Shown one piece after another: positions 48,813 through 61,700 of a stretch of 64,000 bases of DNA. Position numbers and translations under genes: made by a program. The stretch is from Rebecca billardiae RCC1528 (lineage: Eukaryota > Protista > Haptophyta). The stretch covers positions 930,001-994,000 of the forward strand of contig OZ251240.1 of NCBI GenBank assembly GCA_965240325.2. The letters run 5' to 3'. The notes under the pieces are model-generated. The model did not search any database, was not told the DNA's origin, and was given only the letters and a program-made list of their open reading frames with translations. Within the stretch, counting starts at the first letter, position 1; each line of letters begins with the position of its first letter.

Positions 48813-49685
48813 TAGTCTGTACACTCTGTGCTACTCGTTCGTCCGCGTAATAAGTATCATAGGTCGCGTCCCGCGGAGCCGACGGATTCTCCGCGCGGTG
48901 TGACCGCGGCAGCCCGTTATCATAATCACTCACGCTGTGGCCCGTAAGTCTGAACGGAGAGTCTGAACCCGCGGCGGGCGACACAGCCGTCACATGCCGG
49001 CCTCACCGATGCCGACGACGATGGACATGGCTCAATCCGCAATCGGCGCAGACCCGCCCGGACCCGGTCCGGGACGACCGGTCACCGGGCGCCTGCAAAG
49101 TGCCGGGCTGCTCGGCTTCACTCGCGGGCGCGTGCGCCCGGCGGCGGCGTGCGGCGTGCGGCCCGCCGGCGGCGCCACTAGCCCCGCGCCCCGCGGGCCC
49201 GCGCCGCGCCATCCGGCCATCCGGCCACTCCGGGGCCGCGGGATGGGTGGCATGCCACAGTTGCATGCCACTCATCGATGAGACTCAGTCTCATCGACGA
49301 TGGGGTTGACCCGATGGATAAATACATATATATATATATATATTATAATAATAACGACAATAGATCGACTCGATCCAAGTCCAAAATGCCGGGCCCGATG
49401 ATGCTCGCTGCTTAGAAATAGTTAATAGAACGCTGTCGCTGGGCATGGCCCGGCAGGTGCCGGGCACCCGCAACGCGACCTAGTCACGTCGTACGCCGGC
49501 GCTCGTTACGCGATGCCAGTCAGTCTGGCCGCGAGCTTGAACTTCGGCGTCGCAGCCGGCTTTGCTTGCCGCCCTCCGGGATACCCAGCGCGCGGGGCCG
49601 AGTGATTGATGATGAGCAACCGCAACCATGAACCAAGTAAAACCAACGTCTCCCGCCGACCCCGCCACGCTGACTGCTGCGCTGT

Positions 49686-52600
49686 TCAGGCTGTCGGAGG
49701 GCTGTCGCAGCTGGGCTCTCCACCCGCAGCCGTCGCAGACGCCGGACTGCTGACAGTGCGGTCAGCTGCGCCGTCACTCTCCGTCTCGGCCGAGGGCTCG
49801 TCACCGCTCGGTGCAAAGGCCGCTCCCGCGTCGGCGGCGTCGCTCCCCTCGAGTAGCTCGGCGCCACCCTCGGAGGGCCCCGTCCCGAGATCTGCGCTCG
49901 CCAGCTCCTCGGGGCCCGCATCCGCGCCGCCATCGCCCGACTCGACCACGGCGTCGGCCGCTGTCGCGCCGTCGGCTGTCAGCTCGGCCGGCGGCTCCGA
50001 GTCCTGTGCGGCTGGGGCGGGCCTGTTGGCGCGGTCGAGCTGCTCCGCCATCACCGCTGCGACAAACGTGAAGATGAGCTTGGGCCGCACCTCGACGATG
50101 TCCTCCCACAGCAGGAAGACGGCGCAGCCCAGCTTGCGTGCGCAGCTGATGGCGTACTTTGCGTTGAGCGCGCAGTCGTCGACTGTCGTCGGCGGTCGGC
50201 AAGCGGGCCGCCGAGGGCGGTGGGTGGCGCGCGCACGCAGAGAGAGGTGAGTCCGTGGGCGGCCGAGGATGTGCGCGCACACGTCTCCTCGCGGCTACGC
50301 GCACGCCGCGCGCGCGCACGGTTTGCGCCGTAGATCAGGTCAAAGTCCACACGCTTTATCAGCTTGGTGTCGACCGAGCGCTCGTCCACCTCCTTGACGA
50401 GGTCGAGCAGGAAGAGGCCTGTCGGGCCCAAGCGTCGGGCACAAGCGTCGGGCACAAGCAGAGAGAGCACACCCGCAGCCGGGCGGCGCGCGGCGCCAGC
50501 GACCAGTGGCACGCGGCACGGCATGCATGGCGCGTGGCGCGGCGGGCACACGGCGGGAGGCCGTGCACCGCGTGCGGAGCGGCGCAGGCGAGCGCGGCGG
50601 GTGGCGGGGCACGGGTCAGTCAGCCTGCCAGCGTCTCGGCGCCGATGGCGCGCGCCGCGCTGGCGTGGCTGCGGGCGCAGCTCGCGGCCAGGCTGGCCCG
50701 CGCGGGCAACCGCGGGCGCAAAGGGGCCGTGCAGGAGCGCGCCCCGCACACCTGTCTTGAGCGTGCGGTCCTTGAACGACTCGATCCGCCGGCCGCTCCC
50801 GCCCTTGGCCACCGTCTGGTTGGCCCAGCGCAGCACGTCCTCCTCGCTCACCGGCGCGCCGACCGAGAGCCGAATGTAGTTGAGGACGTGGAAGCGCATC
50901 AACTGCCAGATCACGGCGAGGATGTACATGCGGTTGCCCTCGGCGAGGTCGGCGCCCTGGATGCCGACGAGCGAGAGCGCGAAGCCCGATCGCTCGTCCG
51001 TCGCGAGCGAGATCACGTAGTTCCCGTTCTCCGCTGTCTCGTACACGGTGCGCGGGTTTGTGGCCACGTGCGGGCCCCAGCTGACCAGCCCGGGCTTGAG
51101 CTTGTCCATCACCTGCAAGACGGCGATCGAGTCCTGCAGGTCGTCGAAGAGGTTGAAGATGAACCGGCCGATGCCGAGCGAGTTGATCCACATCCGGAAC
51201 GCGCGCTCCTCGCGCGACTCGTCCAGCGTGAGCCCGTCCGGCCCACAGCTCATCTCGACGCCGACGGCGCCGACGCGAGCCCGCCCGCCCGCGCCGCCCG
51301 GCGCGGCGCCCGCGCCCGCGCCCGCGCCGCCGAGCGCGCCCGCGGCGCCCTCCAGCGCTGCCGCGCTGATGTCCGCCTCGTCCAGGCCGGGCGCGGCGTT
51401 GAAGAGCGCGGCGACGAACGCCATGTTGAGCTTCTCGTTCGCGTTCAGGATGTCGTCCGCCGTGATCGAGAAGCTGACGCCCTCCATGGCGGACGCGGCG
51501 CTCACGACCGCCTCGGCGCGCGCTCGCGCATCCGGCTCGCTCAGCGGACGGAGTGCCGACGCCGCGCGCGCGTCGGCGATGCGCGAGAGCACGACGGTGT
51601 ACGCGAGCGAGTCGGAGAGGTCGCGCCCAAAGTTGCGCACGCGCTCCTCCCGGCCGGCGCGCTCGAGGTGCCAGTTCAGCCAGCGCAGCAGCACCTGCTC
51701 GGGCGGCAGCTTGTGCAGCTCGGCGACACTCTCGTCGGCGGCGGCGAGCACGGCCAGCTCCGGGTGCGCTCGCAGGTTGATCCGCTTGAGCAGGGCGAGG
51801 CGCACGAGCTGCCAGACCATGCCGAGCACGAGGTGCGGCGTGCCCTGGAGGATGTCCGTGTTGTCGATGTTCACGATGTGGCACCCCACCGCCCGCGCCG
51901 CGCCGATCGCCAGGTTGAGGTTCTCGCCTATCTGGAAGCGAGACAGCTTGGGCCCGGCGCGCCCGCCGACGGTGCTCGGGATGTTGACCGCGCGCTCGTC
52001 GATGGCCTCGTCCTCCGAGGCGTGGTTGACGAGCTTGCACAGCAGCACGCCGTCGTTCACCTTGCGGAACAGCTCGAGCGTCGACGGCTCGATCGGCAGC
52101 ACCCTCGCCAGGTGCTCGTCGCCCCCGAGCGCGCCGTTGATGTAGGAGCTGAATGCCGCCTTCTCCTCCTCAGCAAACGAGTGCGTGCCGCCGTGCGCGC
52201 CGTGCACCTTGAGCACGGATGGCGCGGGCGGCGGCTTGGGCTGCGCGCGAGGCGAGGGGAACCGAGGCGCGCGGGGGGGGGCGCGGTCGAATCAGCCGGC
52301 ACGGAGGCGCCGGGCGCACACGCGCGTGGGCGCGCGCACGCCCGCGCACCTTGGCTGCCACTGGCTCAAGCTCGCGCATGCGCGTCTGGATGTGCTTGGC
52401 GAGCTGCGAGAACTCGGCGAGGCTGATCTTATCGTCGCCGTCGCGATCGGCCACGCGCAGCGCCCCGCGCACCTCCTCCTTCGCCCCGCCGCCGAGCAGC
52501 TGCACGAGCGCGCCCTCGAGCTCGCGCGCGTCGATCATTCCGTCCGAGTTGAAGTCGAAGGACTTGAAGGCCGTCGTGAGCTCGTACGTGCTCGCGGCGT

Positions 52601-52901
52601 CGACGACGGGGGCGGTGTTGCGTGGGGTGGAGGGCGAGATCCCCGACGAGATGCGCCAGCTCGCGCCGCCCGCCTTGGGCGTCACGCCTTGGCCTCGCGG
52701 CGTCTGCGCGCTCTCGGGCGTGCGCACCTGCAGCGGCATCGGCGGCGCGCGCATCGGCTGGTCCTCGGGGACGACGAGCTGGACGCCGAGGCAGGAGAGG
52801 CGTCCGACGGAGCTGCCTATCGACAGGCCCTTCGCCGGCGGCGAGGGCACGCCGCTACAGCGTCGCTCGTACGCCGCGAGGCGCTCCTTCACGCTTGCCA
52901 T
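49686..52901 (-). CDS. Fimbrin/plastin (EF-hands + four calponin-homology domains)
   Basis: EF-hands FDFNSDGMIDAREL and DRDGDDKISLAEF. HSFAEEEKAAFSSYIN, DGVLLCKLVN, ESREERAFRMWINSLG, NAKYAISCARKLG..EDIVEVRPKLIFTF. Introns 52241-52349, 50419-50751, 50183-50319. Confidence 0.95.
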
Positions 52902-53124
52902 GTGTCCGTCCTGATCGGTCCTGGCCGTGAAAAACCCCAGCCGTTCGTGAGGATCCGCCGTTTCACAGGTCAAATCACCCTGGAATTTTCCCAGAAGCTA
53001 GTCCGGGAGCAGGTCCGGAAGAAGGGCAGCGCTGAGAGCAGCCATCGCCTTTGGCGCCGCCACTTCCGCGCAAGGACAGTGACGAGCGGCGGCGGCACAC
53101 CAGCGACCCGTGCGTGTGCGCGCC

Positions 53125-54103
53125 ATGTTCCAAACGTCGACCTTCACGGGGCGCGAGATCTTCGACCCGATGTCGGTGGGGCAGGTGGAGTCGCAGCTGC
53201 GCGGCGCCTCGCTCATGGACAACGACCTCTCGCAGCCCGTTAGCCTCGGCACGTCGATCATGGCGGTCGAGTTTGACGGCGGCGTCGTGTGCGGCGCTGA
53301 CTCGCGCACGTCGACAGGTGCGTCGACGCGGGGCGCTGCCCTCGCGCGCGGCACGGCTCGGCCAGCGTACGTGCGTGCCCACCCGCGCCCGCACACGGTT
53401 GCCCACCTGCGCCCGCGCCCGCCCGCCTCTGCCCGCGCGCAGGCGCGTACATTGCAAACCGCGTCTCGGACAAAATCACGAGCCTGGACGAGCGCATCTT
53501 CACGATGCGATCGGGCTCGGCGGCGGACACCCAGGCCGTCTCCGACTACGTGCGCTACTTCCTCGACATGCACAAGAACGAGACGCAGAAGCCGACCAAC
53601 GTCAAGACGGCCGCCAAGCTCGTCTCGAAGCTGCTGTACGAGAACAAGGGGATGCTGATGGGGGAAATGATCGTCGCCGGCTGGGACAAGCAAAGCGGCG
53701 GGCAGGTGTACAAGTGCGCGATGGGCGGCTCGCTGCTGCGGAGGCCGTACTCGACCGGCGGGTCGGGCTCGATCTTCATCGCCGCGCACTGCGAGAACAA
53801 CTTCCGCCCCGGCATGACGCGCGAGCAGGCAATGGAGTTCGTGGATAAGGGTGCGCGGCGCGCGCGGCGACGGAGCCAGCAGCGGCGGAGCGCACGCGGC
53901 CGCGCCTGCGCGCGGCGCCGGTGGCCTCCGCTCCGCTCACCCCTCGGCGCCCCATGGGCCGTGCCTTCGCGCGCGCCTCCGCCCGCGGCTGCGCAGCGCT
54001 CATGCTTGCGATGGCGAGCGATGGCTCGTCAGGCGGGTCGGTGCGCAAGGTGGTGATCGATGCGTCGGGCGTGCAGCGCACGTACACGGGCGGTGTCTAC
54101 TGA
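53125..54103 (+). CDS. PSMB6: 20S proteasome subunit beta1 (beta type-6, PRE3/PBA1)
   Basis: VSLG|[54 protein letters not shown]. Introns 53318-53442 and 53851-53996. Confidence 0.95.
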
Positions 54104-54301
54104 GCGCACGCAGCGCGCAGCGGCTGCGCGGATCTCGTCCTGCGGTGGCGGGGGCGCCCTGCAATCGGGACGAGAGCTGGTGTCTGCCATCGTGCACGGC
54201 CAGGCAATGAGGCATGCGCAGGCGAACCGCGATGCACTCGAGGCTCGAGGCGCAGGCCCGTCCGGCCGCAGACGGCCCGGCCCGGTGCCATGCTACTGAG
54301 A

Positions 54302-54347
54302 ATCTCGCCTGCCTGAGCTGTGTGCGTCTCTTATTCTTAGTAAACTG
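54302..54347 (+). repeat. Family A repeat copy
   Basis: Identical 46-mer followed by TA. Confidence 0.95.
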
Positions 54348-54506
54348 TACTCAGTACTGGTCGGTGGACTACTGCTACTGCTAGTCTGACTGCCGCTGCT
54401 AACTAGCTAGCTAGGCGCTGCTACCGTCGCCGGCTAAACCGTGCACTATTGTTGCCAATAATTGTACACAGTATAATACTGAATACGTATACGTGCATGT
54501 ACTGTA

Positions 54507-54552
54507 ATCTCGCCTGCCTGAGCTGTGTGCGTCTCTTATTCTTAGTAAACTG
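54507..54552 (+). repeat. Family A repeat copy flanked by TA on both sides
   Basis: TA|ATCTCGCC...GTAAACTG|TA. Confidence 0.95.
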
Positions 54553-54834
54553 TAGGCTATGTACTGTCTTCGAGTGTCTGACTATTATTTAATAGACTAT
54601 GCTATTATTACGGGCGCGATGCGCTGACGACGATCAGCAGACGATCTAATAATATAACGATACTAAATATACTCTATAGCTTACTTGCCCTTGGCAGTCT
54701 TGGCAGTGATGGCACGCCGTCGCCCGTCCGATGACCGATCTCGACCGTCCGTCGCTGAGTGAGCAGGACTTCACACTCTGACTCACAGTTTGCGCTGCTG
54801 CCGCTGACTCGGATGCCAGAGGCCGGTGCCTGGA

Positions 54835-55914
54835 TCACAGACGAGCATCACCGATAGAAGCTGGAACATGGCCAGGCTCCACTGCCGGCACTGACTCCAA
54901 TGCGCCTTCGTCAGACGCTTTGTCACGCGATGTGCGTTGCTGTCGCCTGTCGACAACGATTGCGACAGTCGCGTTGGTGATGACGGCACAGAGCACGATG
55001 GCACCGCCAATGAGGGTCAGCATCGTCGGCACCTCTCCGAGCACAAAGTACGTCAGCAGGGGCCCCATCACGCCCTCGAGGGTGAGGATGAGCGCCACCT
55101 CCGCGGACGGCACGAGGCGCGTTGCCATCTGCGCAGCGATGAACGTGAGCGACATGCAGCACGTGCCGTTGACAGCCGGCCAGATCATCGCGCGCTGATT
55201 CGGCGGGACCAATGGCTCGCCTGCGGGGTGGAGCCAGGGCACGAGGGCGAGCCCGAAGCAGCCAGAGAGCGCAAAGCCAATAGGTGGAACCAAGCCGATT
55301 GGCGTCGTCGGCGCGCGCACACCAACTGACTGGGCAGTCGTCAACCAGCCCGCGAGGCACAGGCCGCCCATGACACCCATGAAACTGCCTGCGACGACAT
55401 TCCTGCCCTGCGAGCGCTGGCCCAGGCCAGTCTCGGCAAGCACGACGCCAACGAGCACCACGATCGAGCCGGTGAACCCCAGGGCCGCCGCGGCCATGAT
55501 CCGCGGGTTTGGCCGCTTGCCCAGCACCGGCCACGCGTACAGCGCTGCCCAGAACGGGCTCAGGCTGGTGAGCGCGAGCATGTTGGCTGCCGTGGTCAGC
55601 GAGAAGCCCATCGTGAAGGCGATGCTCTGAAAGAAGAAAAAGAAGACGCCGACTAGCACGTGCCTCGTCTCAAGAGATGGCGGCCACGACCCTCGGAGCG
55701 AGAGGTTCACACGCTGCCCGCTGATCGCGGCACGCGCCGCCAAAAGCGTCGAGAGCGTCGCTGCGGCAAACATGGTCTTGAAGGTGAGCCCCATTGGCAG
55801 CGACACTCCGTCGCGCGCAGCCAGCTTCACGAGCAGGCTGTCACAGCTGAGGCCGAGGACGGTGAAGACCGACAAGGCGATCCCCCGCACGTAGTCCGAC
55901 GCGTGCATCAGCAT
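54835..55914 (-). CDS. DMT/EamA-family transporter
   Basis: ~10 TM. TTAANMLALTSLSPFWAALYAWPVLGKR and SAEVALILTLEGVMGPLLTYFVLGEVPTMLTLIGGAIVL are EamA repeats; intronless. Confidence 0.9.
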   Translation of the reverse strand: MLMHASDYVRGIALSVFTVLGLSCDSLLVKLAARDGVSLPMGLTFKTMFAAATLSTLLAARAAISGQRVNLSLRGSWPPSLETRHVLVGVFFFFFQSIAFTMGFSLTTAANMLALTSLSPFWAALYAWPVLGKRPNPRIMAAAALGFTGSIVVLVGVVLAETGLGQRSQGRNVVAGSFMGVMGGLCLAGWLTTAQSVGVRAPTTPIGLVPPIGFALSGCFGLALVPWLHPAGEPLVPPNQRAMIWPAVNGTCCMSLTFIAAQMATRLVPSAEVALILTLEGVMGPLLTYFVLGEVPTMLTLIGGAIVLCAVITNATVAIVVDRRQQRTSRDKASDEGALESVPAVEPGHVPASIGDARL

Positions 55915-56136
55915 GGGGATGATGACAACCCGGCCCGCTCATTCAGGCGGGACTTGGACCGCCATCCCTGGGTCCTGTCGTCGTCCGGTTGCCCGGAAGA
56001 CAGCTGAAAGCCGCATCACAAAATCGCCCGAGCTGGCGAGCCGAGTCGAGGGCGGAAAACCCACGACCGCTCCGGGCTCCGGCTCGTTGCTGCGCTGCAC
56101 GCACACGCCTGCCAGGGCCCCGTGTGAGCATCGAGC

Positions 56137-56904
56137 ATGGTCTTCACGCTCCTTCAGATGCACCTCAATCGGCTCACGGCGGGCTTCGTGCCGCCGCCGC
56201 AGCACTACGGCGCCTCGAGCGAGGAGGGCTGGAACGTGCTGCTCGTGCACGCGCACCCGCTGAAGGACTCGTACTGCGCTGCGCTTGCGGACACGGCTGC
56301 GAGCGCGATGCAGGCCCAGGGGCATAACGTGAAGGTCGTCTCGCTGAACCACTACCAGAATGGCAAGGCCATGCGCGCAGATCTGGACGCCGCCGAGCGC
56401 GCGCGCTACATGACGGGCTCACCACCGTCGCCGTACCCCGCGCCGAGCGCCGATGTCGCGCCACTGGTGGAATCGATGAGGAAGGCGGATGCGCTCGTCT
56501 TCGTGTACCCCACATGGTGGATGAGCGTCCCCGCCATCCTCAAGGGCTTCGTCGACCGCGCATTCCTCCCCGGCATCGCGTTCAAGCTCCCGCACCTCGA
56601 GGACGGCTCGGAGAAGCCAGTGATGGGATTGATCCCCGGGCTGGCTAATATCAAAAAGGTGGGCGTGATCACGACCTACGGCGCCTCTCGCACGATTGTC
56701 AACCTTGCCGGGGACGGTGGGAACGCGCTCATCGGCCGGGTCCTCCTGTACCTCTTCAGCCCGCAGTGCACGCTGCTGTGGCAGGGGCTCTATGGCATGG
56801 ACACGGCCTCGGAGGTGAAGCGCAAGCAGTTCCTGCACGAGGTACGAGTATCCTACTCAAAGTTCTGCCCGCCAAAGCCCGTGAGCGCGGCGGCCGTGGC
56901 ATGA
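56137..56904 (+). CDS. Flavodoxin_2-family NAD(P)H:quinone oxidoreductase (MdaB/KefF-like)
   Basis: VLLVHAHP..SYCAAL, ADALVFVYPTWWMSVPAILKGFVDRAF.PG.AF, VITTYG; intronless. Confidence 0.92.
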   Translation: MVFTLLQMHLNRLTAGFVPPPQHYGASSEEGWNVLLVHAHPLKDSYCAALADTAASAMQAQGHNVKVVSLNHYQNGKAMRADLDAAERARYMTGSPPSPYPAPSADVAPLVESMRKADALVFVYPTWWMSVPAILKGFVDRAFLPGIAFKLPHLEDGSEKPVMGLIPGLANIKKVGVITTYGASRTIVNLAGDGGNALIGRVLLYLFSPQCTLLWQGLYGMDTASEVKRKQFLHEVRVSYSKFCPPKPVSAAAVA

Positions 56905-57596
56905 GTACGCTGCTTTCACGGCGGCGCGCAGTACTGCGCGCGCTCTCGTGGAGTTGTGCCTCGTCTTGGTGCCCATCACCGCGCCGGTACTTCTTGGCTT
57001 CGTGCGCGTCACACCACACACGCCAGCGAGGGCGACAGGCGTGACACTCGCGAGCGGCGAGTCGTCACTCACATGCACTTCTCTCATGCCCGTGGCTGCG
57101 AGTGTAAACCCGCGCCCATCACGCCTTCGAGTCCCGGGGCCGGTACGTCCCGGAGACGATTATACATGCGTCTAGAGCGCTGTGCTAGCCAGCCAACGGA
57201 TCAGCCTCTGAGCCTGGTAGGCGAACAGCCCGACAGGCCGCAGCTGGCAGACGTCGTAGTCGTAGACAGTTATTACCGAGTGAGTATTATTGAGTAAGTA
57301 GCTAGTACTAGTAGTTAGTAGTAGTACGTCTAAGACTAAGAGTCTTACGAGTATAAGAGTAAGTAGATAGTACGGCAGTGAGTATGTTTAGCAGCTGCAT
57401 CATCAATAGGCGGTCGTCGACGACGATCCGGCGATGGCGCCGCGTTACGAGCGACAGCGTCAGCAACCCGCCACATTGATGCATGATATGAGTTGATATC
57501 TGGCATACCGTACGGGTCCGTAGTGAGGCGTAGTCTGCCGATCCCGATGGCGAGTTGAATGTCCATGCTGATCTGCGCGCTGCTTCTGAAAACCAA

Positions 57597-58566
57597 TCAT
57601 GCCGACGGCAGCACAAAGCGGAAGTCGTGCGTGGCAGCAATGTCCGAGACCGATGTGGAGCACGAAATCGAGCGCGCGCCGCACTCCCGCAGGTACGCAT
57701 CCACGGCCTTCGCCTCAAAGTCGTTGTGCAGCTTTGCCGACGCGAGAACTTTCTGCGACCACAGCGTCGCCGGAGCGACCAGCGAGCACCGAAGCGTGGC
57801 CGGCGCCCCAGGCTTGGCACCCGGCTGGGCTGTGACGGAGGTGGCCGTGGCAAAGGACTGGATGCGGAAGATCTCGAGGATCTCTCTCACCCCCGAACGC
57901 ACCTCGTCCAGGCTCCGCGCGCCAGGCACGTCGTACCGCTCGCGCATCCACTCGAGCACCGTGTCGCCGACGCGGCGCGAGTGCTCTGCAGGCAGGGCCG
58001 CGTTGTCGCGCGGCACGTCCGCCGGCCTCTCGAAGGAGACCTCCTCGCCCTCGGCGCCGACGCGCTCGACGTAGGCGAGCTTGCCCTCGCGCATCGCCTG
58101 CTCGAGCGTGCGGTACTGGGCGAACGAGATGAAGTCGAAGTAGGCGGGGTCCTGCAGGTCGCCCTGCTTGGGCGCGAGCCCCTCGCACGCCTTCACGTAG
58201 TCCTGCCACTCGTCCTGCCGAAGGAGGAAGAAGGAGCGCTGGAACTGGTCCATCGGCACGAAGCGCATCTCTGTGGAAGATGGGGTCGGGGGCTCGCCTC
58301 AGCGTGCGCGCGCGCGCCGCGCTGCGCGCGCTGCGCGCGCGCGCGCGCGCTGCGCGCAGCTGCGGCGAACCTTCGCACTTCTGATACGATGTCCGCATTA
58401 AGAGCACGGCAAAGTCCTTCTCGATGCGCGGGCGCGAGATGAGTGGAGGCTTCGGCCGCAGCCTGAGCTCCAGGGTGCGCCTCGCGCCGCCCGGCCCGAG
58501 CGCCTCACGAGAGGGCTCGACGAGGAGGAGCGCTGCGAGCAGCGCGGCACATCGGGCCGCCGCCAT
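57597..58566 (-). CDS. Conserved-looking hypothetical protein with signal-peptide-like N-terminus (possibly plastid-targeted)
   Basis: Exons 58566-58371 and 58270-57597 join in frame (..LLMRTSYQKCEEMRFVPMDQFQRSFF..QGDLQDPAYFDFISFAQY); hydrophobic N-terminus followed by an Arg-rich segment. Confidence 0.7.
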
Positions 58567-58706
58567 GGGTCGGCCGTGTGACGACGCGCGCGCTCATCAT
58601 TACAAGCCTCACCCAGAATCTTCGTCATTGTCATCGGCCACCTCTCGGCTCTCGCTGGGCCATCAGGTATTTATTTGCTGCTGCTAACTGACGATATTAA
58701 TCTGCG

Positions 58707-61700
58707 TCAGAAGAGATCATCCGCATTGTCGTCGTCTGCGTCGAAGTTGTCCTCGTTCTCGAGAATATGCAGCCAGCGCGGCTCGTTCACCCATGGCTCC
58801 TCCACGCCAAAGAGTTTCCTCACGAGCTTGCTGACGACGAGCGGCGAGCTCTCCATCTGGTGGGGCACGCACGCGGGCGCGGGCGGCGGGCCGGGTCGGC
58901 ACCGGCCGCGCGCGCGGCGCATACGCGCGCTCGCGGCCGCGCGCGCGGCTGGCGAGGAGCGGCGGCGCGCACCTCGGTGATGACGCGCGCGCGCTCGAAC
59001 TTTGCCGCCTGCTTCGTGCGCGCCTGCACCTGCCTGTACGAGTCCGCCATGATCGCGACGAGCAGGTTGAGCAGCACGACCTGCACGACCAGCATGAAGA
59101 TCTGGAAGAGCACCCACAAGTACCAGCCGCCGTGGAAAAAAAAGTCGCGGTCAAAGTTGTTGTACAGCCCCATGTTGATGGTGCTCCACAGCGAGACGCG
59201 GTAGTCGCGCATGCCCGACGGGATGATGGTGAGCGCGAACGAGAAGCCGAAGACCATCACCCCCAGGATCGACATGAACGGGATCATGTCGATCAGGATC
59301 GCCTGGATCATCTGCACCAGTGAGCCGAGGTGCGCAAAGCCGCGCATGTAGTTGAACAGCTTGAACAGGGTGAGGATCACTGACAGCCCCGCCATGTTGA
59401 GCAGGACGTGCACCTCCGGGCGCAGCACCTCGCCGTCGAACGCGAACGGCGCGGCCATCTCGCTCAGGTCGGGCGGCTCGGGGAGGCAGCGCCCGAGCGG
59501 GTCGGGCGAGGGGCACGTGTGCTCGTGCCCGCTGTGGTCCACCGCACCAAACCGGAGCAGCCATCCTGACTCGCTGTCAAAGACGTGCGCAATGTGCTCG
59601 GGCGCGAGCATGATGAGCGCCGCGTACGTGCTCGTGCCCATCTGGCACACGATGCGCATCACGTCGATCATGTTCCACACGTCCGAGAAGTAGTCGCTCA
59701 CGCCCGAGTGCCTCACCTGGAGGGCGGCGGCGGGAGGGCGGCAGCGGCGTGCGCGCGCGGTCTGAGCGGGCGCGCGCGGCGAGCGCGCGCGGCTGGGCAC
59801 GCGGCGCGACGCGACGCCGAGGCGCGGTGCCGCTGGCACGCGCACGCGGCTCGCACGCGCACGTGCCGCGCACGCCACCGCACGCGGCTGACTCGCGCAC
59901 GCACACACGCACGCACGCACGCACAGACACACACAGGCACGCACACGCGCGCACACACACGTGCGCACGCGCGCACACGCACACGCGCGAGTGCGCGCGC
60001 ACGCACGCGCTCGCGCACACACCTGCCCTGACTCGTGGTAGACGACGTAGAAGATGTGCACGGTCGTCCACAGCCAGCCGAGGATGAACGCGCGCGCCTC
60101 CCACACGCCCTCGCCGTTGCCCAGCATGCGCTGCCCCAGCTGGCCCAGCTCCCCCGCCGAGTGGTGCAGGTCCCGCAGCGAGGCCGAATAGGCAAAGTGC
60201 ACCCCCATGTGGCACGTGTACAAAAATAGCTGCGTGTGAAACTGCCGCCCGGCGAACGCGCGCCACTTGTAGTCCATGAGCGCGTGCACGATCTTCGAGT
60301 CGAAGACGGCGTAGTCGCCCGCGCGCACCGCCGCCGTGACGATCAGCTCGAGGTGCGTCGTCGTCGAGGACGACTTGGCCGTCGACGGGTCGGAGTACGC
60401 GGCGCCGGCCAGGTTGGGCAGCGGCACGCGGAGCGCCGAGAGTCCGGCCGCACCGGACTTTGCGGTGAAGCCCGAGTGCAGCGGCACGTGCACGGACATG
60501 CGCCTCGCCTCGGCGAGCGTGCGGCGCGGCGCGTCGCCGAAGCCGTCCATCAGCTCGGGGAAGATCGAGCCCAGGATCGACCGCGCCTCGAACACGCCCC
60601 CCGGCACGTGCCATTTGGGCGCGGGGCCGGAGCGGCTGCGGAGCACGTGGCGCATCAGGCTCGCCGCGGACGCGGGCGCGGCGCTCGGCGCGATGCCGCC
60701 GTCGGCCGCGACCGAGCCCACGTCGGAGGGCGTGGGCGAGCGGCCGACGTCGCTGAGCACGCCCGCGCGCGGCGAGCGCAGCGAGCTCCGGAGCTGCTCG
60801 GAGAGCGGCGAGGCGGAGGGCGGCTTACCGTCGTCGCTGCCGCCGCCGCCGCCCTTGGGCGTGCTCGTCGTGTTGCTCTGCCGCTGGCTGCGGCCCACGC
60901 CGCCCACGCCGCCCTCCGCGCCCGGCCCGCCCGCCGCGGCGTTCGCCGCCACCATCCTGCGCAGCTCCAGGTCCCACACGCCGCGCGGCGAGCGCTCCAT
61001 CGAGCCCGCCACCAGCACCTGCGGCAGCATCAGGTTGTCCGTGCGCGCCGCGTCGCCCAGAACTTCCGGCTCGGGCTCGAGCGGCATGTGCGTGACGAAC
61101 CGAAGCAGCTCGTGCGGGAAGGCGAGCGCGAGCGGCGCGAAGAGGCGCATCACCTGCTCGATCGAGCCGGGCGCGCGCGAGATCGCGCCGCGCTCGACCG
61201 CGTGCAGCATCTTGCGGATCGACTTGCGCGACATCCCCTCGAGCGCCGAGTCGAGTGCACTAAGGCCATCCTCGTCCGTCATCAGGCCGATCTTGGTGTT
61301 GACGGAGAGAGCGAGGTCGAGGATGGCGGGGTCGGAGGTGGACTCGATGAGCAGCTTGAGCAGGCTGACGCGCGAGCCGCGGTCCGCCGCGTTCACCATC
61401 GTCGGGTGCTGCGCCAGCATCACGCGCAGGTACGCCAGCCGCTGCTCGTCCGACGTCTGCGGGTTGCGCACAATGGACGCCGCGACCTCATACGATGGAC
61501 CCTCGTGCCAGCCATAGGAGAAGCCTCCTTTTCCGTACAGCATGCCCTGGTCGCCCGAGGCGTAGCACAGCGAGGAGACGCCGAGCTGCACGTCGTACAC
61601 CGGCTCGTACGTCGGCAGCACGAGCACCTGCGCGCCCGTGTCCGTCTCCATCACCGAGACGAACGTGAGTTCGCCGCCGACCGTGAGGCGCGAGCCGTCC

